A stretch of DNA of 63,978 bases, counting the filler, from Sphacelaria rigidula (taxonomy: Eukaryota): assembly GCA_964200075.2 (NCBI GenBank). It is 8 parts of 8 records of this genome, joined end to end, with 100 filler letters (N's around TTAATTAATTAA, not from the genome) between each part and the next. Parts side by side here need not be neighbours in the genome. Positions count along the whole stretch, not along the records: positions 24,032 to 31,941 come from CAXNAA020013007.1; positions 32,042 to 39,951 come from CAXNAA020013008.1; 6 more parts are not named here. One strand, written 5' to 3'. Positions 25,302 through 37,472 of this stretch are shown here, piece after piece (position 1 is the stretch's first letter; each line of letters opens with the position of its first letter). Below the pieces are notes generated by a model. The model did no database searches. It was not told where the DNA came from and saw only the letters and a program-made list of their open reading frames with translations. The translations under genes and the position numbers were made by a program.

Positions 25302-25511
25302 TGTAATGCGTGAGAGGACCGCGTGCTTAGAGGACCGCGCCGTAGTTCAAAGCATCCCAGGATCGACGTTTTTAAAACCAATCGGACCAGTCCCTGCAAA
25401 TACCACGCCCCTGACCATAGACCTAACACCAACCCTGACCCTAACACTTACCATAGGGATGTTCAAATCCCGATGCGGTCCTCTAAGCATGCGGTCCTCT
25501 CACGCATTACA
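25302..25511 (+). mobile_element. Telomere-repeat-bearing MITE, copy 1
   Basis: TIR TGTAATGCGTGAGAGGACCGCGTGCTTAGAGGACCGC, internal degenerate CCCTAA tract, 5-bp TSD CTCCC. Confidence 0.9.
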
Positions 25512-26803
25512 CTCCCGACCACACACCAAAACGTAAATGGTGCGGTCTCATTTCATACGCGGCCAGCGGCCCCACGCCTCATTTCCGAGTGAACGTCGGC
25601 CGGCGCTAGCTCAGGCTTGTGGTGTGGGTACAACGGGTCCGATCGGTCCTGGGTCAAGGGTCCCGCTAAGACACGATCCCGCGAAACCACACGTGGATGT
25701 AGCTCTCACGGTAAAGAATTGTGTCGCCCATCATAAGAATTGATCACTCTAGTGTAACACTTCATAGTTCAAACTGTTAGTAGCTAACTCCTCCCTGACC
25801 ATCGGCGTGGAAGACCACGTCTTGTGCAGGTACCCACATGCCGAGAGAGAAGCTGTCTCGCGGTACTGCGTTGCTGCCCCTACGGCTATCCACCGTAGGG
25901 TACATGTTGGCCCAGACGTCCACAGGGCGTCGGGCCCTTTTGTGGTTGATCACAGTTATTCCACTGTGGATCATCACCACAGGGAACCCTCGCTTTCCGT
26001 TGCTCCACGGGTTGGAGAAGGACCCCCGGCAGTGGCCCGGTCGGTAAGCCAAGAGCTCACACCGTTACGAATACTCCCAGGAACTTCCAAACAGCGACAG
26101 TAGTTCATGACGGTACGCCTGAGGTATAGGATGTGCCGCTACCACCCTCTGCCCCCCCGTTGCCCCCTGAGCTAGCACCAACAAAGAAGTCGAGGCGGAA
26201 CATGTTGAGCCACGAGTCCACCCTACCTACTGCCGGTTCGTTGTCGCGTTCACGTGCGGGTCCGCCACTGGCGATCCCACACCACGACAGGCTTACGCGG
26301 GTAATAGACGATTCGTCCCCTGTAGTTCCAAGTTGGCCCCCGACACCGTGTCTACCGATAGATTCAATGCGACCATGTCTATTTCCACTACATATGTTGG
26401 TGTTGATCACGTGAGTTCCGCTGGTGAAGCCACCGGAACCACGTCCGACGACGAAAAACCGTCGACCCTCTTTTCCACTACTGTAGAGGATTCGGCAAAC
26501 ACATTGCAGTGCAGGGCTGAAATTTCTGCTGACCCCGCACTTGAGACATCCACTACTAAGCCGGCAGTGCATGCCCCCCCATGCCGGCATCACAGCCGAC
26601 CCCGCCCATACCACGACGGTCACGACAAATAGTCGCACCCCCATGGCGGTCTGCGAGATACGTAGCCCTGACGCCCCAACATTGGAGAACCCCAAGACCA
26701 GTGCCCACATCCCCAGGTCCCACAAGACCACCCCAGAGTATATTCCAGTGCTAAGGTAAGGAGGTATAGCGAACACATATCAATCCGTTGCCGAAAATTG
26801 GCC

Positions 26804-26999
26804 CGTGAGAGGACCGCGTGCTTAGAGGACCGCATCAAAACTCCTATGATCAGGGTTAGGGTTAGGGTTAGTGTTGGGGTTATGGTCAGGGGCGTGGTAC
26901 CTGCAGGGACTGGCCCGATTGATTTTGAAAAGCATCAATCCTGAGGTATGTTGAACTACGGCGCGGTCCTCTAAGCACGCGGTCCTCTCACGCATTACA
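26804..26999 (-). mobile_element. Telomere-repeat-bearing MITE, copy 2 (left tip lost)
   Basis: Same TIRs and internal AGGGTTAGGGTTAGGGTTAG. Confidence 0.9.
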
Positions 27000-28635
27000 G
27001 GCACATACAAGTTGGTGTGAGAACTGCGGGAGCAAACAACTTGGTCCGTCTGTGCTCATGTGTTGCGTTTTGGGGTAGATATAGGCATACACGAACAGGA
27101 AAGGGGTTCTTTTGTGTCTTACCGTTGGGCTGATCGTTCGTCGGTCCACCACCTCAAGACACAACACAAATAGAGCACACACAAACGTCTGAAACGTGTA
27201 CACGTAACGCACATGGGTCACCCACGAACGTGGACGTATATGTGTAGAAACTCCGCAAGTTTTCATGAAAGAGTGAAGGAATGGAGTAAAAGGACTACTG
27301 TACTGCATAGACTGAAAAACATTATATATATATATATATATCAGCACGGTGTCGATTCGCTGCCGCTGTAGAGTGCCGTACACAAACTAACCTCGGCGTT
27401 CTCGCCGAAGTGGTAGGGTGATGGATTTTTCCCATCACGACCTGTCAATATGGACAGCGATGCTGTGCTGTTGTGGCATCACAAAAACAATCCTGCAAAG
27501 TTATGTACAGCAACCAAACTGTACTATATCTCGATCCGCACCCATGGAGGGAGACTCCAACAACACTGAAACGGTCTTGTGCTGCACACATGTTCATCCA
27601 GGCGTGCGCAAACAAACTGAAGGCAAGGGGAATATGACCGGTGATAGAAATGAAACCTCGCATCTTGTAGGGTGCACATCGTGAACGGAAGTTGGGTAGT
27701 GGCGCACGATGATGAACCCCGGTGGTGTGTGCACACAGCGGTGGAGTGTACACACTGATCTCGACGCAGCCCGCTTGGCGTTTCTTTGCAGGTGCCCGGA
27801 ACCAACTGTACACACACACGCGGTTTCGCGCCTGAAACGGGGTAGCACGGGAACGATCGCAGCTTGTTCACAATTCACCAAGCCGGAGAACACTATATAC
27901 AACAGCGAGCGCGGCGGGAAAAGGAAGCCTCATGCACCGGGTGCATTGTCGCGGGAAGTTGTAGGCATGCCATGATCAGTTGAGACCAGGTATCATTTTG
28001 TTATTAATTCACTCATATTTATTTGCCCACTCACACATAACACACATATACTGAAACCACCACTGAATCAGAACTGACACACACAACAACGAACACAACA
28101 ACACTGAATCAAGTGGGGCGGGAAATCATTCATACAAAATCACACGTCATGATCCCACATTTTCGGCCCGCGAGATGGCGCGTGCCCCCAGTAGATTTGC
28201 ACTGCAAGCACTAGATCGGGTATACCTCAAATAGCAGAACTAGTCTCTTATTCGTACTTCCCCTGTATGTCATGATCCAATCTTGATATCCATTTCCCTC
28301 GTATCCACGCAGATCCTGGAGCTTAAGTATAATTGATTAGGCGGTGCACGCTGATCCTGTGATCGTTACTTGTGCCGACGGCAGCCAAGGGCGAACGTGT
28401 GCACAGGAAGGAGCTCCAGAGGGGGGAAGGAAATACGTGCAGCTGTAATGTAATATACCGGTAGGTTTGGAAAAACGAAAAATGCGTAGTACCAACAACT
28501 GCGGCTGACTGTTGTACACGCTCGCGTAAGATACGCACAGAGGCACAGCTACTAATGCAGTCGACACGACACACTAGTAGCTAAAACTGAAACTGAGTGC
28601 TTGATCTAGCGATGTGGCACTCCTGTGTGGACGAG

Positions 28636-28846
28636 TGTAATGCGTGAGAGGACCGCGGGCTTAGAGGACCGCATCGGAATTCGAACACCCCCATGGTTAG
28701 GGTTAGGGTTAGGGTTAGTGTTGGGGTTAGGGTCAGGGGCGTGGTACCTGCAGGGACTTGCCCGATTGGTGTTGAAAAACGTCGATCCTGAGATAGTTTA
28801 AACTACGACGCGGTCCCCTAAGCACGCGGTCCTCTCACACATTACA
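28636..28846 (-). mobile_element. Telomere-repeat-bearing MITE, copy 3
   Basis: Both TIRs present with a (TTAGGG)3 tract. No TSD seen. Confidence 0.9.
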
Positions 28847-28979
28847 CCCGCTGAAATTAACAGCACGGCCTCCTTGATGACACTAGCCGGTCAGCCCCGG
28901 ATAAACTATCCATCTGTCCCTCCTCAACAGTTTTCCGCACAGGTTTTGGATGTTGTGGGAGCTGTGTCAAGTATACTCG

Positions 28980-29190
28980 TGTAATGCGTGAGAGGACCGC
29001 GTGTTTAGAGGACCGCGCCGTAGTTCAAAATACCTCAGGATCGACGTTTTTCAAAACCAATCGGGTCAATCCCTACAGGTACCACGCCCCTGACCCTAAC
29101 CCCAACACTGACTCAAACCCTAACCCTAACCATAGGGGTGTTCAAATTCCGACGCAGTCCTCTAAGCACGCGGTCCTCTCACGCATTACA
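28980..29190 (+). mobile_element. Telomere-repeat-bearing MITE, copy 4
   Basis: Both TIRs present with a CCCTAA tract. Inverted relative to copy 3 and 133 bp away from it. Confidence 0.9.
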
Positions 29191-31024
29191 TAGGATCAAG
29201 CGTACCGCGCTGCAATATGACCTGCCAATCGTGAGTATCCGTTTGCTCCTGTTGAACAGCTGTGAAAATATCCAAATACGTACTGTCTGTGTGCGAACGT
29301 GACGAGGGGGGAAGTTGTTGGGCACTAGTATGCAGAGAGGGACCGACTACTCAAAAACTGTCGTGCCGACTCGAGCTAACCACACAACGCGGAATTGGTT
29401 CCGGCGTTGGATCGAGCGGAATACTGTCTAGTGCATCCTGAGACGGCACATCATACACGAAAGTACGTCATTGTGCATGACGGCTGGTAGTGTTCGCTAA
29501 CGGTTGTCCCCGGGCGATATCTCGTCGGATGCGACGCTGTAGGCAGAACACAACAAGAGCTTGATCGCTCAAAGTTGAAACCCCATTTATTATGATCCCA
29601 GCTGACGCCCCACATATTATGAGCTTAAGGCTAGTCGCCTCGGAGAAGGCAGCCTCAGTACACCTTCGTCCTCATATGTTCTCACCAACAGAGGCTCAAG
29701 CCGTGTGCGCCAGGCTGCAAGCGCAGCTGCGCAGTAACAACCGAGATCCAGATCACAGAAGTCGTTCAAATCCAGTTGTCACAGAAATTGGTTATCTCCT
29801 TATACTTTACAATACGAACCAGAGCCAGTAGTTTCTCCACGACCACAAAACTCTCTGGTAAGGACTCACTTGGAAGTCAGAGCAATGGCGGCAAGGCTGA
29901 TGATATCCGGGGCCCAAGATGAAGTGAGCTCAGATGGGAGCTCGGGGCGCCAGCGTGACTACCTTACGCAGGAACTATATCCGTAAAACTAATTATGATA
30001 CAAAAACCAAAGATCAGACATCCTCCATCCAACGAACGTTCGGTGAATACTATCCGTTGTGCATATGATCATCCAATGTGCAGACATCAACCATACTGTA
30101 TCTCCCATCGACTAATCGGAAGATCAAATTGGATCTCCCAACAAGCTGACAACTCTCGACGGCTAACCAAAACCCAAACGTTCATATACTCCGAGATCTG
30201 TATGTCTAGAGCGCTGCTGTACCTCATCGACGCTAGTCCCTTCGAATACCATAACAATAGCCCACTCTGAAGCGTGAGCATGCAGACGCTCGAAGAGCTT
30301 CGAAGGCTCACGTTTCACCATCATCTCCCACACCACAAAAAAAAAGGTAAGATGAAAATAGAACAAAGAGCAAAGAACTCACTCATCATGACAAATAACG
30401 GAGTTCCAACTTTGGCGCAGGGTCCGTGCGGTTGCGTGATTCGCCAGTCCCTGGTACACACAGAGGAGGCGCTTGGCCTGCCAACCACAACCCACACGTC
30501 TCACCCGGATGGTCAATTCAACCCATCAACATGACATACAAAAAAGAAAACAAACTACACGCCGACGAAAAAATCAGCGCGTTGCCCGGATGGTCTCACG
30601 GTCAACACTCTGTAAACCCACACAAACCAGACTGTTCCTAAGGCAACGGGAACTGTATTACCCACAGTCGAACGAACATCATGGGGCAGCGCAATACTCG
30701 CGATAGGATTTCACGTTTATCGGTTTCAAGGGGCCCACCAAGGCATAACGACCAAGAAGACATCACTTTCATCATTGAGGTAAGTGCATGCGAAAAGTCA
30801 TACCGGTGGAAAGACCAACGAGAGAGCTCGCGGTATAGGATCTAGGAGCGGCAGCAGTGGCCGATTGAAGCTCCAGGATCGTACAGCGATAATCGCCGCG
30901 CAACGCGTACTGAGGAAGCCCGAGGGGATTGGTCATCCGTTTTCGCACACGCCGACAAACAAAGGCCACCGCCGTCATACCCAAAAACACGTGACAATTT
31001 GCTGAGGAAGCCCTTGGGGTATCG

Positions 31025-31275
31025 GAGTCATCCTACGATAGGGGTGGGGGTATTTGGTTGCACGAAAAAAAGGGCTGATACGTGTGTCAGATGGCTTGCA
31101 ACACTCGCGATGCGCTTGTATTTGGTTCAAAACGGTGTCAATCGGTATGAATGAGCGTTATGTATCTGTAACAAGCTCGTTCAAGCAACCGTTCCTGATT
31201 TCAGCGGCGATTTGCCTCGGGATCTCGTGCAACAAGTGGCCCAAAATACCCCCCCCCCCTATCGTAGGATGACTC
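31025..31275 (+). mobile_element. 251-bp MITE with GAG...CTC termini (Sola2-like)
   Basis: TIR GAGTCATCCTACGATAGGGG...TATTT. Flanks ATCG / ATCA suggest a 4-bp TSD. Sister copy at 62227-62478. Confidence 0.85.
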
Positions 31276-31869
31276 ATCAGTCATCCCTTGGCACAAATGT
31301 CGAACATACAGCCTAATCTACTGTGCTCACGCTCTGCCATGAACAACGTTGATGTAGGATACAGTGTGGTACAAATAACATGCGCCATGTTACAATTGCG
31401 GAGGATTTGGTACCAATCAGAGGAATGATGTCTAATAACGTAGGTTATGCGAGTACAGTCACGTGTGCAGCACAAGCAGCTGGAGTGCCCATCGCCCCCT
31501 TCGGTCATTCCATCGTGGTCCATCTTGGGTCTTGGTTCTGGGATGCCAACTGTCTGCCTTGCTCTGGGGGTTAACATAAGTGTATGTGGTGAGTTTGTTC
31601 GTGTGTGGTATTGAGTGGAGGATATTGAGCGTGCGTTATTGTGTGATTGGAGGTGATTAAGGTCTGGAAGAGTGAACAGAGTGAAGTGAGATAATCGAAA
31701 CGTGTTCTGGAGCCATCTATAACTAATACGATTTGCCTGAGCCAAGGTGTTGACTGCGGTTCACCCGCTTGAGGTGTGTGAACGTTTACCCCTCATCAGA
31801 GCGGTCGATAACGCTAGCGTGAAGAGTTACAGCCGATGCAAAGGGGTTTGAGATTGGAGAGAGTTTGAG

Positions 31870-31941
31870 CAAGAAACAACAAGTTGTGAGAATTGAGGTT
31901 TAACTTCGAGATGAGGCTCAAGCCTAAAACAGTGCTTTCCC
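31870..31941 (-). repeat. Dispersed repeat shared with 48072-48150
   Basis: Reverse complement GGGAAAGCACTGTTTTAGGCTTGAGCCTCATCTCG... matches the start of contig 7. Confidence 0.75.
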
Positions 31942-33543
31942 NNNNNNNNNNNNNNNNNNNNNNNNNNNNNNNNNNNNNNNNNNNNTTAATTAATTAANNN
32001 NNNNNNNNNNNNNNNNNNNNNNNNNNNNNNNNNNNNNNNNNCAGGGGACAGGTTAAACAGTGAGACCACGCCTCGGGACACGTGGGGCGACGACGGGGGG
32101 GGGGGGGGGGGGGGGGGGGGTACTCATAATCTTGCATGCCGTAGCCATGTAATCATTGACCTTGCATCCCTATAAAGCCGGGACGGAGCATGCCGGATTT
32201 TCGGGAGGGGGGGAAGGGGGGGGTGTACTCGTGGTCTTGGCATGCCATAGTCACCACACCCTGGACTAAAGAATACACAGTCAAAAGTGTACTGCGTACA
32301 GTATCGACTATTGCGCCTATTACAATAGACAATAGATTCCATACTGTACGCAGTACATTTTTGGTACAATATAATCTATTGTCCAGGGTGTGATAGTCAC
32401 TAAGCGAAAGTGATGTGTTATTATACGTGAACTCAAATACACCGCTTCGTGGGGAAAGTTGTTGACCGTTTGGACGTCCCTGGGATTCTGCTCCGATATT
32501 TTGTAAATTGACAGTCCTGTGAGTTTTCGAAGGCTAGTCTTTGGAGGCGTAGATAGATGCCTAGAGGACATGCAGAAGTGATGCAAAAGATGGACAAGAG
32601 GCGTGCAGCAAGTCCGGTGCACCTTTTTTGCCCCATATGTATGTGTCGGCTGGGCTCCGTAGTGTTGAGAAGATGGCTACTTCTGCCACGCCTTTGCTAG
32701 CCACCACTGTTGCTATTGAAGCATTCAATTACGCAAATCCGAATATTATCACGACGCAGTTGCTTGGCAGCCGGGGTCTGTGAGCGGGGCAAGGTCACTG
32801 CTGCGCTTCCACTCACGCTGCTCGTGTGTGCGTCAACTTGTCCCACTCCGTTGGCTGTGGGGAGTATCATAGGAAGAAACTCTTCCGCAAATCCCGGACC
32901 TCGGATCAAAATGCCACTCAACCACACGCGCACTCGCCGTCTACAGCACGTACACCCCTCACCCACTGCGCCTGTACTTTTACGTATTGCTCCTGCGATA
33001 ATTTTATGTAGTTGTCCTGAGGCGGCCCGGTCGCGGCTCATGCACTTTTAGATACGATTTGCGGCGTATGCGTGGATAATAACGACTTTATCCTTGTATG
33101 CGTTCTCTCAACCAAGAGTAACTACTCCAACCCCCCCTCGAGACCGTGCCTTCTTTTAGAGTCTAACTATTATAGGGTCCCGGCCACAAGGGGTTCACTA
33201 TCACCAGGCATTTCAAATGTCCGGTACTTCCTGTTGAAGGCCCTCTATTCCTGGAGCACTCCATGAAATTGATCCGCACGTCGGGGCGGACGGTGTTTCA
33301 TCCTAATGTCGAGTAATGGTATCATCATGAACAGTGTTGATTTCACCACACGTCAACAGTCTACACAAAGTGGTGTCTTCGCTGGGTAGCACGGTAGTAG
33401 CGAGAACAGCCGAGTAGGCGTGTTTGGCTCAACCGGGCAAGAGTATTCACACCTCCACGCACAGCACAGTCAGACCAAGCAAAAGGTCGAGCTCTCGCAA
33501 CAGCAGTGCCCATCTAGGTCATGCAAGGTATCTAGCATGTCGG

Positions 33544-36500
33544 ATGGTTGTCGTATACCCCCGCCCCGCTTTTGCGGGCGAAAACGAAGATATTTTGCAC
33601 TGGTGCAGCACTCTGAAGGCCTCTGCAGACAGCTGCATCGACTGCAGGGGTGAGGTACGGCATATAGACAGTCATCAGGTGTCCTGATCCTTTCGTACCC
33701 CGCACCTCACCCGATCTTTCCCTCTAGCAGAGACGACGTCGCTTCGATTATCTTACCCGCGGTCAACTCTCCTTAACGTTCTTACTCCGTGACCAGGAAA
33801 TAGACTCTCATTCCTTCAGTCAACTTGAGTTTAGGTCTGACTACGTCTCGTAGCTTAGTTTTTGGATCTCAGACTGCCTTCCTCCCCCTTTTGTGCAGCA
33901 AAGACAATTGGGAGTGTGGCGCAAATTGAGAGATATGCTACCCTCGCTTGTTCACGGTCGAAAAATTCGAGCAGCTTTCCAGCCGCAGTTGTCCCCTCGA
34001 CCCTCAAGTGACAGAACAGTCTGGCACTCTTGACCCACGACAGGCAAAGACACAAAACCGAAGGACAGGAAGGGCGGGTCATCGGGCGGCAAGCACAAGA
34101 AAAAGGCCAAGTCGGGACAGACCTCTAGCCAGAAAAAGCAGACTCCTGCTCCCGCTCCGAAGAAGGCCTGGGGCAAGGACAGCGTCAAAGGCAATAACAA
34201 GAACGGTGACAACGATGACCCAGCGCGTGCCGCGCGTGGAGCGTTGAGACCGGTGAAGGTGAAGCTAAACAGAGAGGGCCAAGATACGATCCTCGACATT
34301 TTGTACCAGCTGCGTGTAGCCGGTATGGATGTTGATGATGGCGGGCAAGACGACGCCGATGGCGACGGAGACGAGAGCGCGTCAGATGATGAAGAGCAGG
34401 AAGCGGGAGAGGGTGAAGACGACAGCGGGATGGACAATAGTGGAGAAGATTCTGGGGAGGATAGTGGCGAGGACAGTGACGACGGAGATGAAGATGTACA
34501 GAACAGCCAGGGCCATGGTGACTTTGAGTACGATGGATCCTTCGGGGCCATGGCTAATCAACTGTCCGATCTGACCGTCAACGAGTCCCCGATTTCCGCC
34601 GATGGTGGTACAACAGGTGGCCAGTCAACAAAGAACGGAACCAGAAAAAAATCCAGTGAAAATGCCGCCTCCGAAGCTTCGAAATCCGAACAGTCGCCCA
34701 TGACGGATAAAAAGTCCCCGTCCTCCGGGAATGTCAAAAAGGCGTTGCGTAGCACTGTGACACGCGAGAAACTCCTCGATACCATGGTGAAGGAAGATCG
34801 AAAACTCGCGCGAAAGGAACGGGGAGCACCCGAGGGGTTGTCGTCTGCGGTAGTTGCGGCCGCGGCGGTTGGGGCGACCTCTGTGAAAGGAAACTACCGG
34901 CGACCGGACCCGCCGAGCGGCAAGGGAAACGACAAGGTGCGCTTGGAGGTTTGCGTGGAGAACAAGAAGACAGGCGCTCCGGACTTGAATGGGAAGAAGG
35001 TGATGATGAGTGTCCATGCCACACTTTCTTGACGGAGACGAGCCCTGCTGCGTCGTAGAGTTCACGAGCTTTGCGTGGTTGCGATGGATTTGCACTATGT
35101 ATATATATATGTATATATATATTACGGTCCGGCTTTTGTGGATGAAAGCAGGCAGCTTACGCTTGCCCTCTTGGGGAGCCACCCCTCCTGAGCGGTCTGG
35201 ACACGAATAGTCCGCAATGCCACTCTACGGGCGCCGTGAATGATGCTTCCAATAAAGGGTTGCGAGAGGTAGCCCATCATCACTTACGCGACATTATCAC
35301 ACTCGAGTCGGATCGTTGATTCCATGATACCCCCTGGACTGTTGCCCGCAGATGATGGTGTTCGACCGCAAAGAGCCCATCGACCGCGTCATCCAGGCGA
35401 GCAAAGACAAGCTTCGCATGAAGAAAAAGGCCAAGGGAGCAGCGGTTCTCGACGGCGAAGAGGTGCTGCACTGCACTGTATTGTTCACGCTGTACCGTAC
35501 GAGGACACGGTCCACCATGTCGATGTGTGCATGACATAAATTAGCCTTAGCTCTGTCGAATAGCCCAAATTTTAGTGACTTGTAGGAGATTCAGACCACT
35601 AAACCCATCGAGGCTATATCCATGGATCACTTGCATCCGTGGGCCCTATCCCACATCACCCTACGATAACAACAGTAATTCTTGCTCGCAAGCGAACCAC
35701 GACAACGGCCGACATCTGAACAGACGACGCCTACTCGCCATAACCCCCGCGACACCAGGTCGTTCGTTTTGATGCTATCCAGCTCAGTCTCAGTCAACCA
35801 AGCAACTCACATAATTTCACGTCAATTCCGCATCGTACGTGCACACCAAAACAAACAGGTGGTAGACTGGCTAACCGATCTCTCGTGGGTCCCCAACGGA
35901 GCCGTGGTGTTCATTACCGCGGAATCTGCCGGGCAATCCTTCAACGGGAAGAAGGCCAGGACGTCACCCGAACCACCCTCTGGCGGTAAGAAGGCCACTG
36001 CCGCAGCGACGCCGACGACAAAAACTGGCGGTCGTGGCGAGCAGACGCCGCACGTTTCTGCAGCAACTGCAAAGGCGTCAAGCGGCGACGGGGCGGAAAG
36101 AGTCGCAGATGATGAGGATGATGACGAGGCAGTGGCCTTGGCAGCGCTAAGTCGCATCAGGGAATCGTACAAGCGACGGGCAAGGGGGAGGGACAGGGAG
36201 ACGCGTGACAGCGGTGTCAGTAGCGAAGCAAGGCAGGATGAGGACGGCCGACGCATGCTGGAGAAGAGTCGTCAGGTGGCGCAGACTGAACGGTTCAGAC
36301 AGGCGAGAAAAGGTTCAAAAGTAGGCCTTTTTTTGCATGTTATCCACAATTGAAAAGGTTGGAGGAGAGGATAAACGGAAGATGATGTTGTGACGAGACC
36401 TCCTGCCTGTGTTTTCAGAGTGCACGTTCAAAGTTGTTTGGCTGTTGCAGCCGGTTATTATTTTAACGAGTACCAATCTCCTCGCTCGAGATTATGTTGA

Positions 36501-37430
36501 ATGTCCGGTTCTGCGTGCCATCTGCTCTCCGATGATGATAACTTTTTGCCTCAGGTTTTCTTCTCTGTTATTTTTTTCTGCTCATGGTGTTCCGCTCGCA
36601 TTAGCGTTTGCGAGTACTGCTCCCGTATTTGTGTATGATTGTCGAAGCTCGTGATGTCGAGCATTGTACACTGACTGCCCGAGTGGCGGGCAGCAGTGTG
36701 TGTGTGCCCGCTGGTTGCCGCTCGTTTCATTTGCCCGTGCTGTGGTGAGACTCGGCTACCCGCATGCGTCAAGATGTAACGTGTTGCATCTCCGCGGTGT
36801 TTCCTGGCGCCCTCCAACCACTCCCTCTCCGAATCCAGATGATGTCGCAGAGGAAGAATCTCCCAGCATACGCACAGCGAGAAGAGATTGTCGACATCAT
36901 ACGTGATAATCAGGTGAGCCTCCCTAAAACCCTTGAGCGTGATACGGTGCACAGAGACCACTCACTGTGCGTAGAAGGCCGGGATTGTTTTTGTCAGGAC
37001 ACCTGCCGAAAAGTGTCGGAGAGAAGAATGAGTTTGTATCGAACAGGATCTATGAGTATCTCATTCCCCACCCCTACATACTGTAACTAGTGGGCAGGAC
37101 AGTTTTGTTGTTATGTGCTCGTTGTCATGGCTGCTACCGTGGTGAAAATATGACTCGCCGTGTGTTTCTGTACCTTTGAAACATCGCTACGGCAGTGTTG
37201 TGGGTAATGGCTGTGGCCCTCCCAGCGTGCCGCTGCCACGGCTTCGCGTGGTTAGGTGACCTTTTTTGATTTGTCAAGGTCTCGGGTGTTATGAGTGAGC
37301 ATTTGTCAGCCGGTCACAAGTCATGCAGCCAGTCGGAAGCCAAACTGCAGTTCTTGTGCTGCACTATACGAACTATGAGCCACCACCACGCGGTGCTGCT
37401 GATCAGTCTGCCGAGCTCCACCCTGTCGCG

Positions 37431-37472
<42 letters not shown>

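Noticed and set aside
24050-26780. Coding-like sequence suggesting a decayed transposase or viral gene
   Set aside because: All frames examined are interrupted and I found no diagnostic motif. It needs tblastx/HMM searches.
28636-29190. Composite transposon or inversion formed by two inverted MITE copies
   Set aside because: The outer flanks (ACGAG/TAGGA) and the swapped inner flanks do not form matching TSDs.
29500-31000. Possible old retroelement coding region
   Set aside because: No recognisable gag/pol motifs and only short ORFs.
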